Of a stretch of 64,000 bases of DNA, positions 12,901 through 24,100 are shown piece after piece. The DNA comes from Bugula neritina (lineage: Eukaryota > Animalia > Bryozoa), in the NCBI GenBank assembly GCA_964035545.1, contig OZ037771.1:13391133-13455132 (forward strand), given 5' to 3'. Both the position numbers and the translations under genes were made by a program. The stretch's first letter is position 1. Every line of letters begins with the position of its first letter. The notes under the pieces are model-generated. The model was given only the letters and a program-made list of their open reading frames with translations. It was not told where the DNA came from and did no database searches.

Positions 12901-14985
12901 TTGCTAAATTTAGTTGCCGTTAGAGACTATAAAAATATTTATGAATGAACCTCGCATGATCTCATAATAGTCAAATAATTTTCTCATGAGTGTTCTCCTC
13001 ATTAAGCAATAATTATGAAACAGCACAGCTCAATAGCTGCAGTTTGATATATTACACAATATATTAGAGGAGAGGAAGATATTCAATGTATAACAGGAAG
13101 CAGCTGCCATTTTGTTTTATATGACTTCCTGCTGACTTGGATGTCTAATTTAAATATCTCAACACACAAACTTGCTGAAACATCCTCTTCTTTGCTGGAA
13201 TTGTTAAACCTTTCAACCATTAAACAAAGTAAAAAGCAAATTGACAAATAAATTAGACAAAAAGTTTGGCAGCCATGTTTGACCTAATTAACATGTTGAG
13301 GCAGCATGAAATTTAGTTTAACAAAAAGCCCAAACTTTCACAATTATTTTGATACCAAATTTGTCACTATTTCTTTTATACAAAGACCCGTTGCTAAGGC
13401 TTGTAAATTGTAAACAAATAATTCTCAACTTATTCTAGAGTTGCCAACTTTAAACGCGATTTTCTCGAAACAGTAATTTAGAAATTCTAAAAACGTTAAA
13501 GTTTTTAAATACTTATATCTCAAGTTCTATTTATGCTAGAGACTTCAAATAAAGTGCAAAATGTTTGAAAAAGTCTGCTCTATCACTCCATAGTAATAAC
13601 TAGGTTTTCAACATTTTATATACATCCCTTGCTTTGTGGTGCCAGGTCACATATGTTGATACTTTTAGCTAAAATTTGTTTTTGGTAATTTTTTAGAAAG
13701 AAAATTTTAAGTTTTCCGAAGCATCTGAGGCGGCCACACAATTCTCTAAAATATTTTATGAGAGGTATGATGGGAGACGGCAGGTGAGTGTTTTATTTCT
13801 GGACATACATTGAGTTTGTGACATTTTCAGGTTCTAATACTAAGAACAGACTTTCAATTTTATTCTTATTTTGTTTAGTTCTGACTAGAATATGAACTGA
13901 TTTATTTTATTTGTTTGATTTTGTTGTTTAATGAAAAGATTCAAACTCTCTGATTATAATCAAAGTGATGTTTTGGCCATGATGGCTATACATTCTATGT
14001 AGGAAAGCAAAATGCCTTAAAAGGTATTAGAAAACTTTACAAAATTCATAACACACTCCACATCTTATGCAGCTATAGATAGGTAAAGTCAAGTCAGGTT
14101 AACTCAATGTCTTTTATGAAAAATACTGATGAGAAAAGATCTTTCAGTTGTTCTGATTCAGTGACACAACATTTGTTTAGTTTGCAGATAATTTCACTAT
14201 TGATTAAACACGTTATTGTGATTTTAATTTAGGATCTAGAAAAGTTGTATATGCTGGACGCCACGCTGATATGGAATGGTAACTCTGTTAGCGGAGCAGC
14301 TAACATCTGCAAGTATCTGGCAGAGTTGCCTCCCTCCGGAAATACTAAAGTAGAATGTATAGATTGTCAGCCTTTACCTGGTAAGTTGAAATTTCTAGTA
14401 TTGCATTGAAAATTTTACACAATTTTTTTGATATGCAAATGGCAGATGTATGACTGATGGTTTGCATATTAGTGGCTTGGTTAATGTTTTCTGTTCTGAG
14501 ATGATTGGTGGTGTGAGTCTCTTTATTCAACAATACAACCCTCAGCGAGTGTTGGCCATCAAATAAAAAATATAGACACTATGCTGGAATTGTGGCATAG
14601 TGCAAAGACGAGCTGGTACTGATGTTAACTGGTACTGCATATTTCCAACTAGTTTTATCTCAAGTCTAATTTTCAAGTAAGAAAGCTGTTCAGTCAAAAT
14701 ATCCCTTATTTTATTAACCATTTAGGTTTTTTAGTGCTTTACCTCAGAATGTAGTTTGACTTGTTGAAAGCTGTTCTATATAAACCTCTGTATAATATGG
14801 TGGCAGATGCTCTGACCGAGGGAAGGACTAGCATGGTGGTAAACGTGATGGGAGTAATACGATATGCAACTCGTAAACCTCAATCTGTACCATTCACCGA
14901 GACTTTCATTATGACCACTCAAAACTCAGACGCGGGGAGTATCGTGTGGAAGATTGCTAAAGACTGCTTCCGATTAATAGAATAG
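9938..14985 (+). CDS. NXT1: NTF2-related export protein (NXT1/p15)
   Basis: Exons 9938-9961 (candidate start exon MTALLFSE, donor GTATGT; less certain), 13697-13783, 14233-14380 and 14807-14985, all phase-compatible. Peptide EAATQFSKIFYERYDGRRQ-DLEKLYMLDATLIWNGNSVSG...IDCQP...FTETFIMT...VWKIAKDCFR matches NXT1 hallmark motifs (LVWNGN, DCQP, WKIASDCFRF). Confidence 0.92.
10356..13650. mobile_element. Degenerate ~3.3-kb TIR DNA transposon in an NXT1 intron, ATAT flanks (Sola1-like by TSD type; inference)
   Basis: TATGTGACCAGTCGCGACAAAACCGGGGATGT at 10353 versus the reverse complement of 13622-13653, TATGTGACCTGGCACCACAAAGCAAGGGATGT (25/32 identical). ATAT at 10352-10355 and 13651-13654. No intact transposase ORF. 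Confidence 0.6.
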
Positions 14986-15157
14986 TCCTTGACATCTAGT
15001 TTATTATTATCCGTGATGTGAAACACATGTAAAAATATCTCAACTTTCATGATTGTATATAATTTTTCATTTTTATCAAATTTGCATTAACTCACCAGTG
15101 TAAATTCACACTTAATCTGTGCTGTTGCATTAAAGATCTACATTGTTACTGGTAATT

Positions 15158-15171
15158 TTTATTTTAATAAA
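15158..15171. terminator. Back-to-back polyadenylation signals for MAT2B (TTTATT, - strand) and NXT1 (AATAAA, + strand)
   Basis: TTTATT at 15158-15163 and AATAAA at 15166-15171, between the convergent stop codons (14985 and 15463). Confidence 0.5.
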
Positions 15172-15462
15172 AAATATAATACAATGCTTCCATAATCCAT
15201 GTTAAATATCAGTATATTTTCAAAAGCTATTCTAAAATGTATGCCTTATATAAATAATAAGAAAAACTCCATTAGACATAGTAAATTGCATAATGTAAAA
15301 TGAGCGTAGAAAGTATTCTGCACAATGGAAATGATTATGGGAAGGTTAGACATAGAAATGCTATGGATTACCACATATTCTACTATATGATTATATGTGA
15401 CTTTTACTGTTAATATTCAAGAAATGCGTCTTGTAATACTACAACCACCGTCAACTTAGAAA

Positions 15463-18400
15463 CTAGGACAGAATACTCTTAATGGCTGATTTGAAATCAA
15501 CAGACTTCAACGTGAACCCTTCGGAGATGAGTTTCTGTGTATCGAGTTGACAGTCGTATGGCCTTGGGGTAGCATTACTCGCTGGCTCAGATGTGTTGGC
15601 TGAAATGTAGACAATATTGTTTAACAACTTGCTATTGCTTTAACCTGTTCACTGGTTATTAAAATTGATTGGAAATTTAACTCAAAGTGTAGGGGCTAGG
15701 AATATGCAAGCTTCTAGGACGGCCACATGAAGCTATTTTTATTTGTATGATTGAGAGCATTACTCCAAAAAACAACGGGAAACATTAAGATTTATTTTTA
15801 TCATTTAGCAAAATTAAACTTCACTTACATTGTTAAATTCAAGCATAAAACTTACTTGATTAATGTTCAATTTCAAAGAATGACTAAAGAAGCCTTTGCA
15901 ACTTTTACTTGAGACATATATTTTATAAATAAGATATGTGAAAACTATACCTTGAATGTGAGCAGTGGTGTGACCCATAACTTCTGCCATTTTCACTGCC
16001 ATGTCATATTTACTGAGCTGAACAGGCTCTGAGAAATGGTATATCCCCTTAACCGAGAATGGCTGCAAGTAGAAGTAACATGAGAGGTGAAACAACCACA
16101 CAATGATACTTTCTCGATACGTACGACTAATAAGACGACTCTGTACCTGTGCATCGTGTCTGTTGACAAGCTGAAGAATGATGTCGGCTACGCTTGTCGT
16201 GTGTGTAGGAAACCTGCGCTGTCTGTGATCCATCTGACACTGAGCAGACGTGTCCCTGACACTCGGGTACAGCACGGTGACCGCACTTTCAGCAAGATAC
16301 TCCACTGGGCCGTAGAGGATGGGTACCCTCAGTACAGCATTGTCTGGTAACATAGGATATGTACCTTCAGTACAGCATTGTCTAGTAACATAAAATATGT
16401 ATTCCTTCTCAGTATTGGACTAGTAGACTTATCATGGGAAAAATATTCAAAGCATAAGAAGAGAATGGATACTACAATAGTGAAAGTCGCTGTTGGTGGT
16501 TCAGATAATTATACATGTGTATTTGGTGTAAGTGATCAGTTCAAGAAATATAAGTTCAGGTGGGTTCAAGGTGAGTGTAGGTGCAAGGTGAGTGTAGGTG
16601 CAAGGTGAGTGTAGGTGCAAGGTGAGAGTAGGTGCAAGGTGAGTGTAGGTGCAAGGTGAGAGTAGGTGCAAGGTGAGTGTAGGTGCAAGGTGAGTGTAGG
16701 TGCAAGGTGAGAGTAGGTGCAAGGTGAGTGTAGGTGCAAGGTGAGTGTGGGTGCAAGGTGAGAGTAGGTGCAAGGTGAGTGTAGGTGCAAGGTGAGTGTA
16801 GGTGCAAGGTGAGTGTAGGTGCAAGGTGAGTGTAGGTGCAAGGTGAGTGTAGGTGCAAGGTGAGTGTGGGTGCAAGGTGAGTGTAGGTGCAAGGTGAGTG
16901 TAGGTGCAAGGTGAGTGTAGGTGCAAGGTGAGTGTAGGTGCAAGGTGAGTGTAGGTGCAAGGTGAGTGTAGGTGCAAGGTGAGTGTAGGTGCAAGGTGAG
17001 TGTGGGTGCAAGGTGAGTGTAGGCGCAAGGTGAGTGTGGGTGCAAGGTGAGAGTAGGTGCAAGGTGAGTGTAGGTGCAAGGTGAGTATAAGTGCAAGGTG
17101 AGTGTAGGTGCAAGGTGAGTGTGGGTGCAAGGTGAGTGTTGAAAGCTCCTATATGCAACTACATCATGAAACAATACCTGTAAATATGTTTTAAAGTTTG
17201 AGTGAAAACACTACTAATTACCTGGGTTTGATGAAAGGACACATTGTTCACCAGCTAACTTCATTTTACCATAGTTGTTAAGAGAGTTGGGGGTGTCACC
17301 AACCTGATAGGGGGCAGCCTTACCATCAAACACATAGTCAGTGCTCAGGTACAACATCCAACAGTTATTCTTCTCTGTGCAAAAACTTCTTCGAATTAGG
17401 ATACTGATAGCTGATCATTGATAAATACAATTTAGATTTAAAACACACACAATGTATCTAACATTTAAACACAATTTTTTGTAAACAGAATTTATGCAAA
17501 GCTAAAACTAGCGACACCACAAATTCAAACAAATAATGGTATATTCAAAATACGGACATGTAGAAAGTACAATGAGAAATACACAACTTTGCAGTCTTTT
17601 CTTGCTAAAAACTGCAGCCAAAAGCATGTGACTTTTTATCAACTAAAAACTTCTCAAGTGAAAGCATGAAATACTGCTGATATGAAACAGTGCTACTGAT
17701 AACTAACAAAGAGACACTAAATTAAGTCTCCTACTTGCCAATTCACACAAGTTTGAGGTGGCTGTAACATTTATAGCCTCAGCAACATCAGTGTTTTTCT
17801 CTACAACATCGGGTCTTCTCTCAGCTGCGCAGTGAATTACTGTGTCTGGCTACAACATCATGAGTATATCATATTAATATATTATGAGCATATCATATCG
17901 GTATATCAGTATATAAAATCAATATATCAGTATATCAAATAGAATATCGTACGGGTAGTTGGTTGAAAAGCAGAAAAATCGAGTTTATTCACCAAAGTCA
18001 TATTCAGAATCAACCTAGGCCGAAAAAATGTATCAATGCATTGCTTATACAGTTCTATAATTTAATAGATTTTATTTAAATTGCCAAGTTTACAATATTT
18101 TTGTAAGAAGCTTTTAATTTTGTCTGATTGACAACCTTAATAACACAATGCTTGAAATCTAGCTAATTACTACAGCCTACATTAATTGCAAATACTGAAA
18201 CTTTTATACATTTCTTATTATTACAAAATCTGTATACCAAATAGAGTTTTAAAAGCATGAAAATAAGACAAATCAATTTTTTACATAACAGGGAGTGAAA
18301 ATTAATGAGCTGCGAAATATTATTTTACTTTTTTGTCATGAAATAATTTCAGAAGTTGTTCTTGAGAAGTGATATCCAGAGGGTGTAATTCTGGGTTTGT

Positions 18401-18508
18401 AGATCTTTTGAAGCATGTTCCAACAACAGTGAATTCATCAGACTGTTTTAGTGCCTTGAGCACCTCTCTTCCAAGAAGTCCAGACGCACCAGTAACTACT
18501 ATCTTCAT
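15463..18508 (-). CDS. MAT2B: Methionine adenosyltransferase 2 subunit beta (RmlD-like SDR fold), 6 exons, 297 aa
   Basis: Exons 18508-18329, 17849-17735, 17374-17222, 16343-16147, 16062-15951 and 15599-15463; phases consistent, 894 nt total. Motifs VTGASGLLG (Rossmann), VIHCAAERRPDVVE, LSTDYVFDG, YGKMK (SDR YxxxK), VLRVPILYG, QRRFPT, GIYHFS, PRPYDCQLD. Confidence 0.95.
16567..17138. repeat. 17-bp minisatellite (CAAGGTGAGTGTAGGTG)n, ~33 copies, in MAT2B intron 3
   Basis: Read directly; it produces the spurious LAPTLTLHLHSPCTYTH ORFs in all three minus frames. Confidence 0.97.
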
Positions 18509-19129
18509 TTTGTCCTTCAACAATATAATACAGTTGTTTTGTTAGTAGGCTGCCACTGTTTTCATTGCCTAAATTCATAGAGAATTTGCAATAATAAACA
18601 TGGTGACAATAGAAAAACTCAAGAAGTAAAATTTTATAAAATAATCATAATGACTCAGTGAATAAGAGTGAGTGTCACTTACAGTTACTGTTAGTGTTAC
18701 TCAATATGAATAACACTTTGACTTAGTCTTACATTCCCTAGTAGTAGTACTAGTGCTACTAGTAGTAGTAGTACTAGTACTACAAGTACTGCTACTAGTA
18801 CAGTAGAGTGGTTAGTAGTACTAGAACTAGTTGTAGTACTAGTACTAGTAGTTATACTTATAATTATATCGTAATCATTATCATATGAGTATCATTATGA
18901 TTATGTTAAACTTAAACTTTAAGTTTTAGTTAAACTTAATGTTGGCGAGAAAAATTGTGAAACAACATAGTAAGTATGAAATTTTTGTGAATAATAAAAA
19001 AAAAGTTTAATGCCCTTAGATTTAGTTTATTAATGATTGCATTCATTTGATATTGCTAATAGTAATACTAATAGTGGTAATGGTAATAGTAATTACTAAT
19101 TATTATTAATTATTTAACTTGCTGGCTAT

Positions 19130-19390
19130 TAAAAAGCGGAAACTAGGAAACGGAAACGTTTATGGGGGAAAACTTTTGACGATCGTGCCCGCCAAATATG
19201 GGCCAATTTTTCGCTGATAGGTTATCCAATGAAACGGATCAATGAGGAACAACTATCCAATAGTGATCGGTTGTTCAAAAGTCCGGATAGTTTCAATTTG
19301 CTGAATGATAGTCGATTTGAATCTACTAGACTACTTGCTTAGAACCGCAACTTCAAGTTTTAGGTTAATTTACAAATGACTGTAGTCTGT
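19130..19390. promoter_or_regulatory. Bidirectional MAT2B/ECT2 promoter with cell-cycle-type elements and a probable non-coding ECT2 exon 1 (donor GTAAGT at 19389)
   Basis: CpG-enriched; E2F-like CCCGCCAAA 19188-19196; CCAAT at 19203, 19226 and 19257; CHR-like TTCAAA 19274 and TTTGAA 19316; ETS-like CGGAA motifs 19137-19156. Confidence 0.7.
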
Positions 19391-21150
19391 AAGTATTGCT
19401 AACTTTAATTTTTTCATGATGACATTTGGGTTTCTTTGCAATTTGATTGCAAACTATAAGAATAAACCTATATTTGAAGCCATATACTCATACTGATATA
19501 GTATACTTATGCCTATGCCTATGCCTATGGTATACTAATACTTATACTTAATCTTATACTTATAGTTATAAGTTATAGGTACTGGTACTCACCCGTACTG
19601 GTAGTTAAACTTAATCATTATGATTATCATTATGATTAACTAACTATAAATAACTATAAGTATAAGTTACTATAAGTATAATATAAATATGTGGCTTCAA
19701 ATTTAGGTTAGTTTAGTTATACCAAGACTACTACAACATTAACCTAAGGCTAATGTTATAGTACTCAAATAGTAGCCTAAGTATAACTATAAGTATAACT
19801 GTATAAGCATAACTGTTAAGTGTTATACTTATACTTATAGTTACACTGTTATAGTGATAAACTGATAATCATAATGATATATAATATTTATATATTTAAA
19901 TTTAATAATAAATTGAATTTCAATATTGAATTTTTTTATTGACCCTAAAAGTAAAAGTAAAACTAGGAGTGAGAGTTACTTTGACTTTTCCTTTTCAGCT
20001 TCGCTTTTAGTTTTTTTTAACTTTTAGTTTTAAAGCATAAACTTGAAGCATTTTGATTTTATGATAAAATGAAAATTAAAGTCAAAAATGAAAACTGACA
20101 TTCATTAGCTTATAGTTATATTTGACTTATAGTAATAATTATTATTATTTAAAATTAAATTGACATTTATAACTTGAACAGCTTCAGTCTGAGTCTTACT
20201 CTTAACCTTAGTCCTATTCTTACTCTTGCCTAAAGTTTTAGTACTAGATTTACACTAGCAGTATGTTACTCTTACTCTTAGTGTTACTCTTGCTTTAAGA
20301 TTTACTGTAAGTGTTACACTTAGTCTTAGTTTTACTGCTAGTTAAGCAATACTAATGCTTATAGGTAGTGTTATAATTATATCAACTTATAGTTACACAG
20401 TTACTGTTAGTGTTACTGTTAGTGTGACAGTTTTAAATTTAATTCAATATAATCAATAGCAATAGCGTTATAATAATATTAATGAATAAAAATATTTAAT
20501 AATAACATATCAATTTTAAGTTTAATTATTTACTAAATTAGTATTTTTATTAGCACTAGTGTTATAATTATGAATTTTAATAATTTTCATTATGATTATA
20601 ATAGATAAATAGTAGTTGTAATCTAAATATTATAAAACATAAAATTGTCATTATAATAGTAATTATAGTGAAATTCATTATTTTTAAATGATTATCAATA
20701 TTGATGTCACTATGTCTGTGTCAGCCTCACTATAAGATTGTTATTGCTAGTAATGTCATTAATTTTATATTTTAATTTGAGTGATAACTCAAATTGACCT
20801 ATGTGATCTGAGTAGCAAGGTGAAATTAAAAAATGGTTCTAACGCTCCAATAAGTATAACATTGATCTTCACTAATTCTTTTAGAGTTTTATATTTATTG
20901 AAATATTCCGTACATTAAAAATTTCAAGGTAATGTATTTTTTGATTTCCTTTTTAAACTTTAATAAAATATCAATAGCAACTCCTTTTCACAAAGTTTAT
21001 TTTGACAACCTCAAAGTGTAAAAGTAAAAATGGTAATTGCCAATATCAGTTTCGTCTGACTCTTGTTATAACTCACAAGTAATTATGCTACATCATGTAC
21101 AGTCTGTGCTTTCAGGTGAAATGTTTGTTTGATGTCTCACAAAATCAGTC

Positions 21151-24100
21151 ATGGAATCTCTACCAAATAAACTAGTTTTAGTTGGAGATCGCTGTATAAA
21201 GAACCAGTCGTTAAGAAATCAAGTGAATGTAAGTTTCAATTTTTCTACTAATATACTTACGATCACATTTAGACCCTCTTCTTTGTTTTCTAAATTTATT
21301 TTTTTCATCATATAATCTTCATAATATATAATGCATATTATGCAAATGCTAGCAATATGAAACATGTTACTGTATAGTCATGCCACCTGTTGTGACATGA
21401 CACCTGCAGAGACATATCACAGTGTTGTGACATGCCACCTGTTGTGACATGTCAACATGCAGATATTGTAAACTATAAGGTGTTAAGATGTATGTTTCTA
21501 CTTGACCAATCTTCATCTTCAGCCATCTTAAACAACTTTAGTCCTGTTAAGTCGTAGCGTCTAGTGTATTTCTCTCTGTTTTGTAGAAATTATCTCCCCT
21601 GTTTGACATATGTTTCTCTGACACTGGCATAGAGTATGCTGGTTGTATTGACGAAGGTCATTACGTAATATTTGTGTACGATGACTTCACTGACGACGTG
21701 TTTGAGAAGCTGAACTCTAAGCAGGGATGTATTATCAGCCCTCAGATTGTGCATTCGGCCACAGAGACGACCCCGGTGAGTTGTGTTCTCTCTCTCTAAT
21801 TCATCAAATATAGTATTTCTATTTTCTAATGTTTTTCTATAAACTGACACCATTTCATTTGCAAAAAAAATTTGAATTTTACTTGTTCTTCAATCTTGAT
21901 AAAAATTTTCAAAAAACCCGTTGGAAAAGCGCAAAAATTATAATGGAAACACCTTTTGTGTTGAACCTTTATTCATACTCGATTGGGGCAGAACACCTGA
22001 TATTTAGATAATTGTGATGGCTTTTCTGGATAGCTAGAAGTCTACAGTTATATGAAATGTTGTTTTGTACTTCTAACTAATCTTATTTATCTACTCTGAT
22101 GGTAGTGTTGAACTCCACTAAAGTGTTACCAGTCAACAGCATAGCTTCTAGAATCAACATAATTTAGTCTTTTCATTGTGTGAAAAATCTACGACTTGGT
22201 GCAAAAGCACATTGCTAGTGAATTCAGCAAATCTTAACTGATCACTATGATTTGTTTCCCTTGGCATTTTGCCCTTCAAGCGTTAGTTGCCTCCCCTTCC
22301 AGCTCATCCTCTATATAGACTCATTATTAGTCTAGACAATGTTCCTTGCAGCCTATTCTAGTGCCAAGACGTCGCCCACTCTACAACCACGCACTGAAGG
22401 ACCAGGTGATATGCTTCACCGGGTTCACTGACAGGTCTCAAGTCTCCCAGCTGGCCGCCCTCGTTCACTACATGGACGGAACAATCCGGAAGGAATACAA
22501 CGCCAATGTCACTCACGTCGTGGCCAATCACTGCAGGGGAGAGAAGTACAAGGTTTGTATATCCTGCTACTATTTCTTTGTGAGATCTGTTCGTCTTTTT
22601 CCCTTTGTGGGGGCAGTTTTTACTTGTAACGGTACTTTACCTGTAGGTATACTAGCTTCACCTGTAGGGCACTGGATTTCCCTGTAGAGGTAGCAAATGT
22701 TGGTAATTCATAATAAATTAAATGTTGGTTTAACAATGACTTGCAGTTTAAATAAAATGACGTGTCACTAAAGCCTTGACATTCTACTTCACTCTCTGCT
22801 CTAGTCTATGTTGTACGGTTGTGAAGTAACACCAGTTTTTATCTCTGCAGCAGTTGGAATCAACTTCTAAGTGTAAGATCTTTTTCGAAAGGCAGTCTAA
22901 ACAAATTTATTAGATCAGAATTGTTATAAAGGGTTTATAATTTATGGCAATGATTGTTAGAGCACTTACTTGCATTGTTTGCTGTCGTATGATGAAATAC
23001 TGTTGATTTGATTTCAGAAAGCGGTCAGCTTTGGTCGTCCGATTATGAGATATGATTGGCTGCACCAGCTGTGGGAGAGAAGAGACATGCCGGGTGTCAG
23101 CGCTGGAAGTCCTGACATGGTAAACTGTTCAGTACATGTTATTATATATCATAGTACATGTTATTATATACCATAGTATAGTATATGTTATTATATAGTA
23201 TACATGTGGTATAATATATAGTATAGTATATACTATATATTATATAGTATAGTATAGTATATAGTATAGTATATAGTATAGTATATAGTATAGCATATAG
23301 TATAGTATATAGTATAGTATATAGTATAGTATATAGTATAGTATATAGTATAGTATATAGTATAGTATATAGTATAGTATATAGTATAGTATATAGTATA
23401 GTATATAGTATAGTATATAGTATAGTATATAGTATAGTATATAGTATAGTATATAGTATATATAGTTAGTATAGTATGGAATCTATTGACTCACTTATAC
23501 TCAATACTCAATAGCCACTGTTTCTTCTCACAGATGCAGTTCAAGGCACCTCCGTTCATGCGCTGTGGAATAGCTTTTCACGGGTTTCAAGAGTCTGACT
23601 TGAGAGATATGGAAGAGATGGCAATCAGCAACGGTATGTCCACTATATTTCTGTCTGTTTGTCCTATATCCACTCTATATCTGTCTGTTTGTCCTATATC
23701 CACTATATGTCTGTCTGTTTGTCCTATATCCACTCTATATCTGTCTGTTTGTCCTATATCCACTCTATATCTGTCTGTTTGTCCTATATCCACTATATGT
23801 CTGTCTGTTTGTCCTATATCTACTCTATATCTGTCTGTTTGTTCTATCTATTGCAGTCTTGGTCAGGCCAAAAGTGTTGAAAATATATTTTGTTATTTCC
23901 AAGTAGTAAATAATTACTCGTTTTCTAATAGGTTTTCTCTTGGTAAAATCACCCTTCAGTATCATCGAAACATTAATTAACTTACTCTGTAAGCTGTACA
24001 TTACATAGAATTATCTATGATAACACAATAATACTTGTTCTACGCACTGTACATTACATAGAGTTGTGTGTAGTACAGAATTGATATTCACTTCAATGCT

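Noticed and set aside
16501-17174. Three ~200-aa His/Cys-rich ORFs (LAPTLTLHLHSPCTYTH)n
   Set aside because: All three frames of a 17-bp intronic minisatellite; the MAT2B exons splice cleanly around it.
19376-19388. ATG in the putative ECT2 exon 1 as the start codon
   Set aside because: An in-frame TGA lies just upstream of ATG 21151 in exon 2, so this ATG cannot extend the ECT2 frame; at most a uORF.
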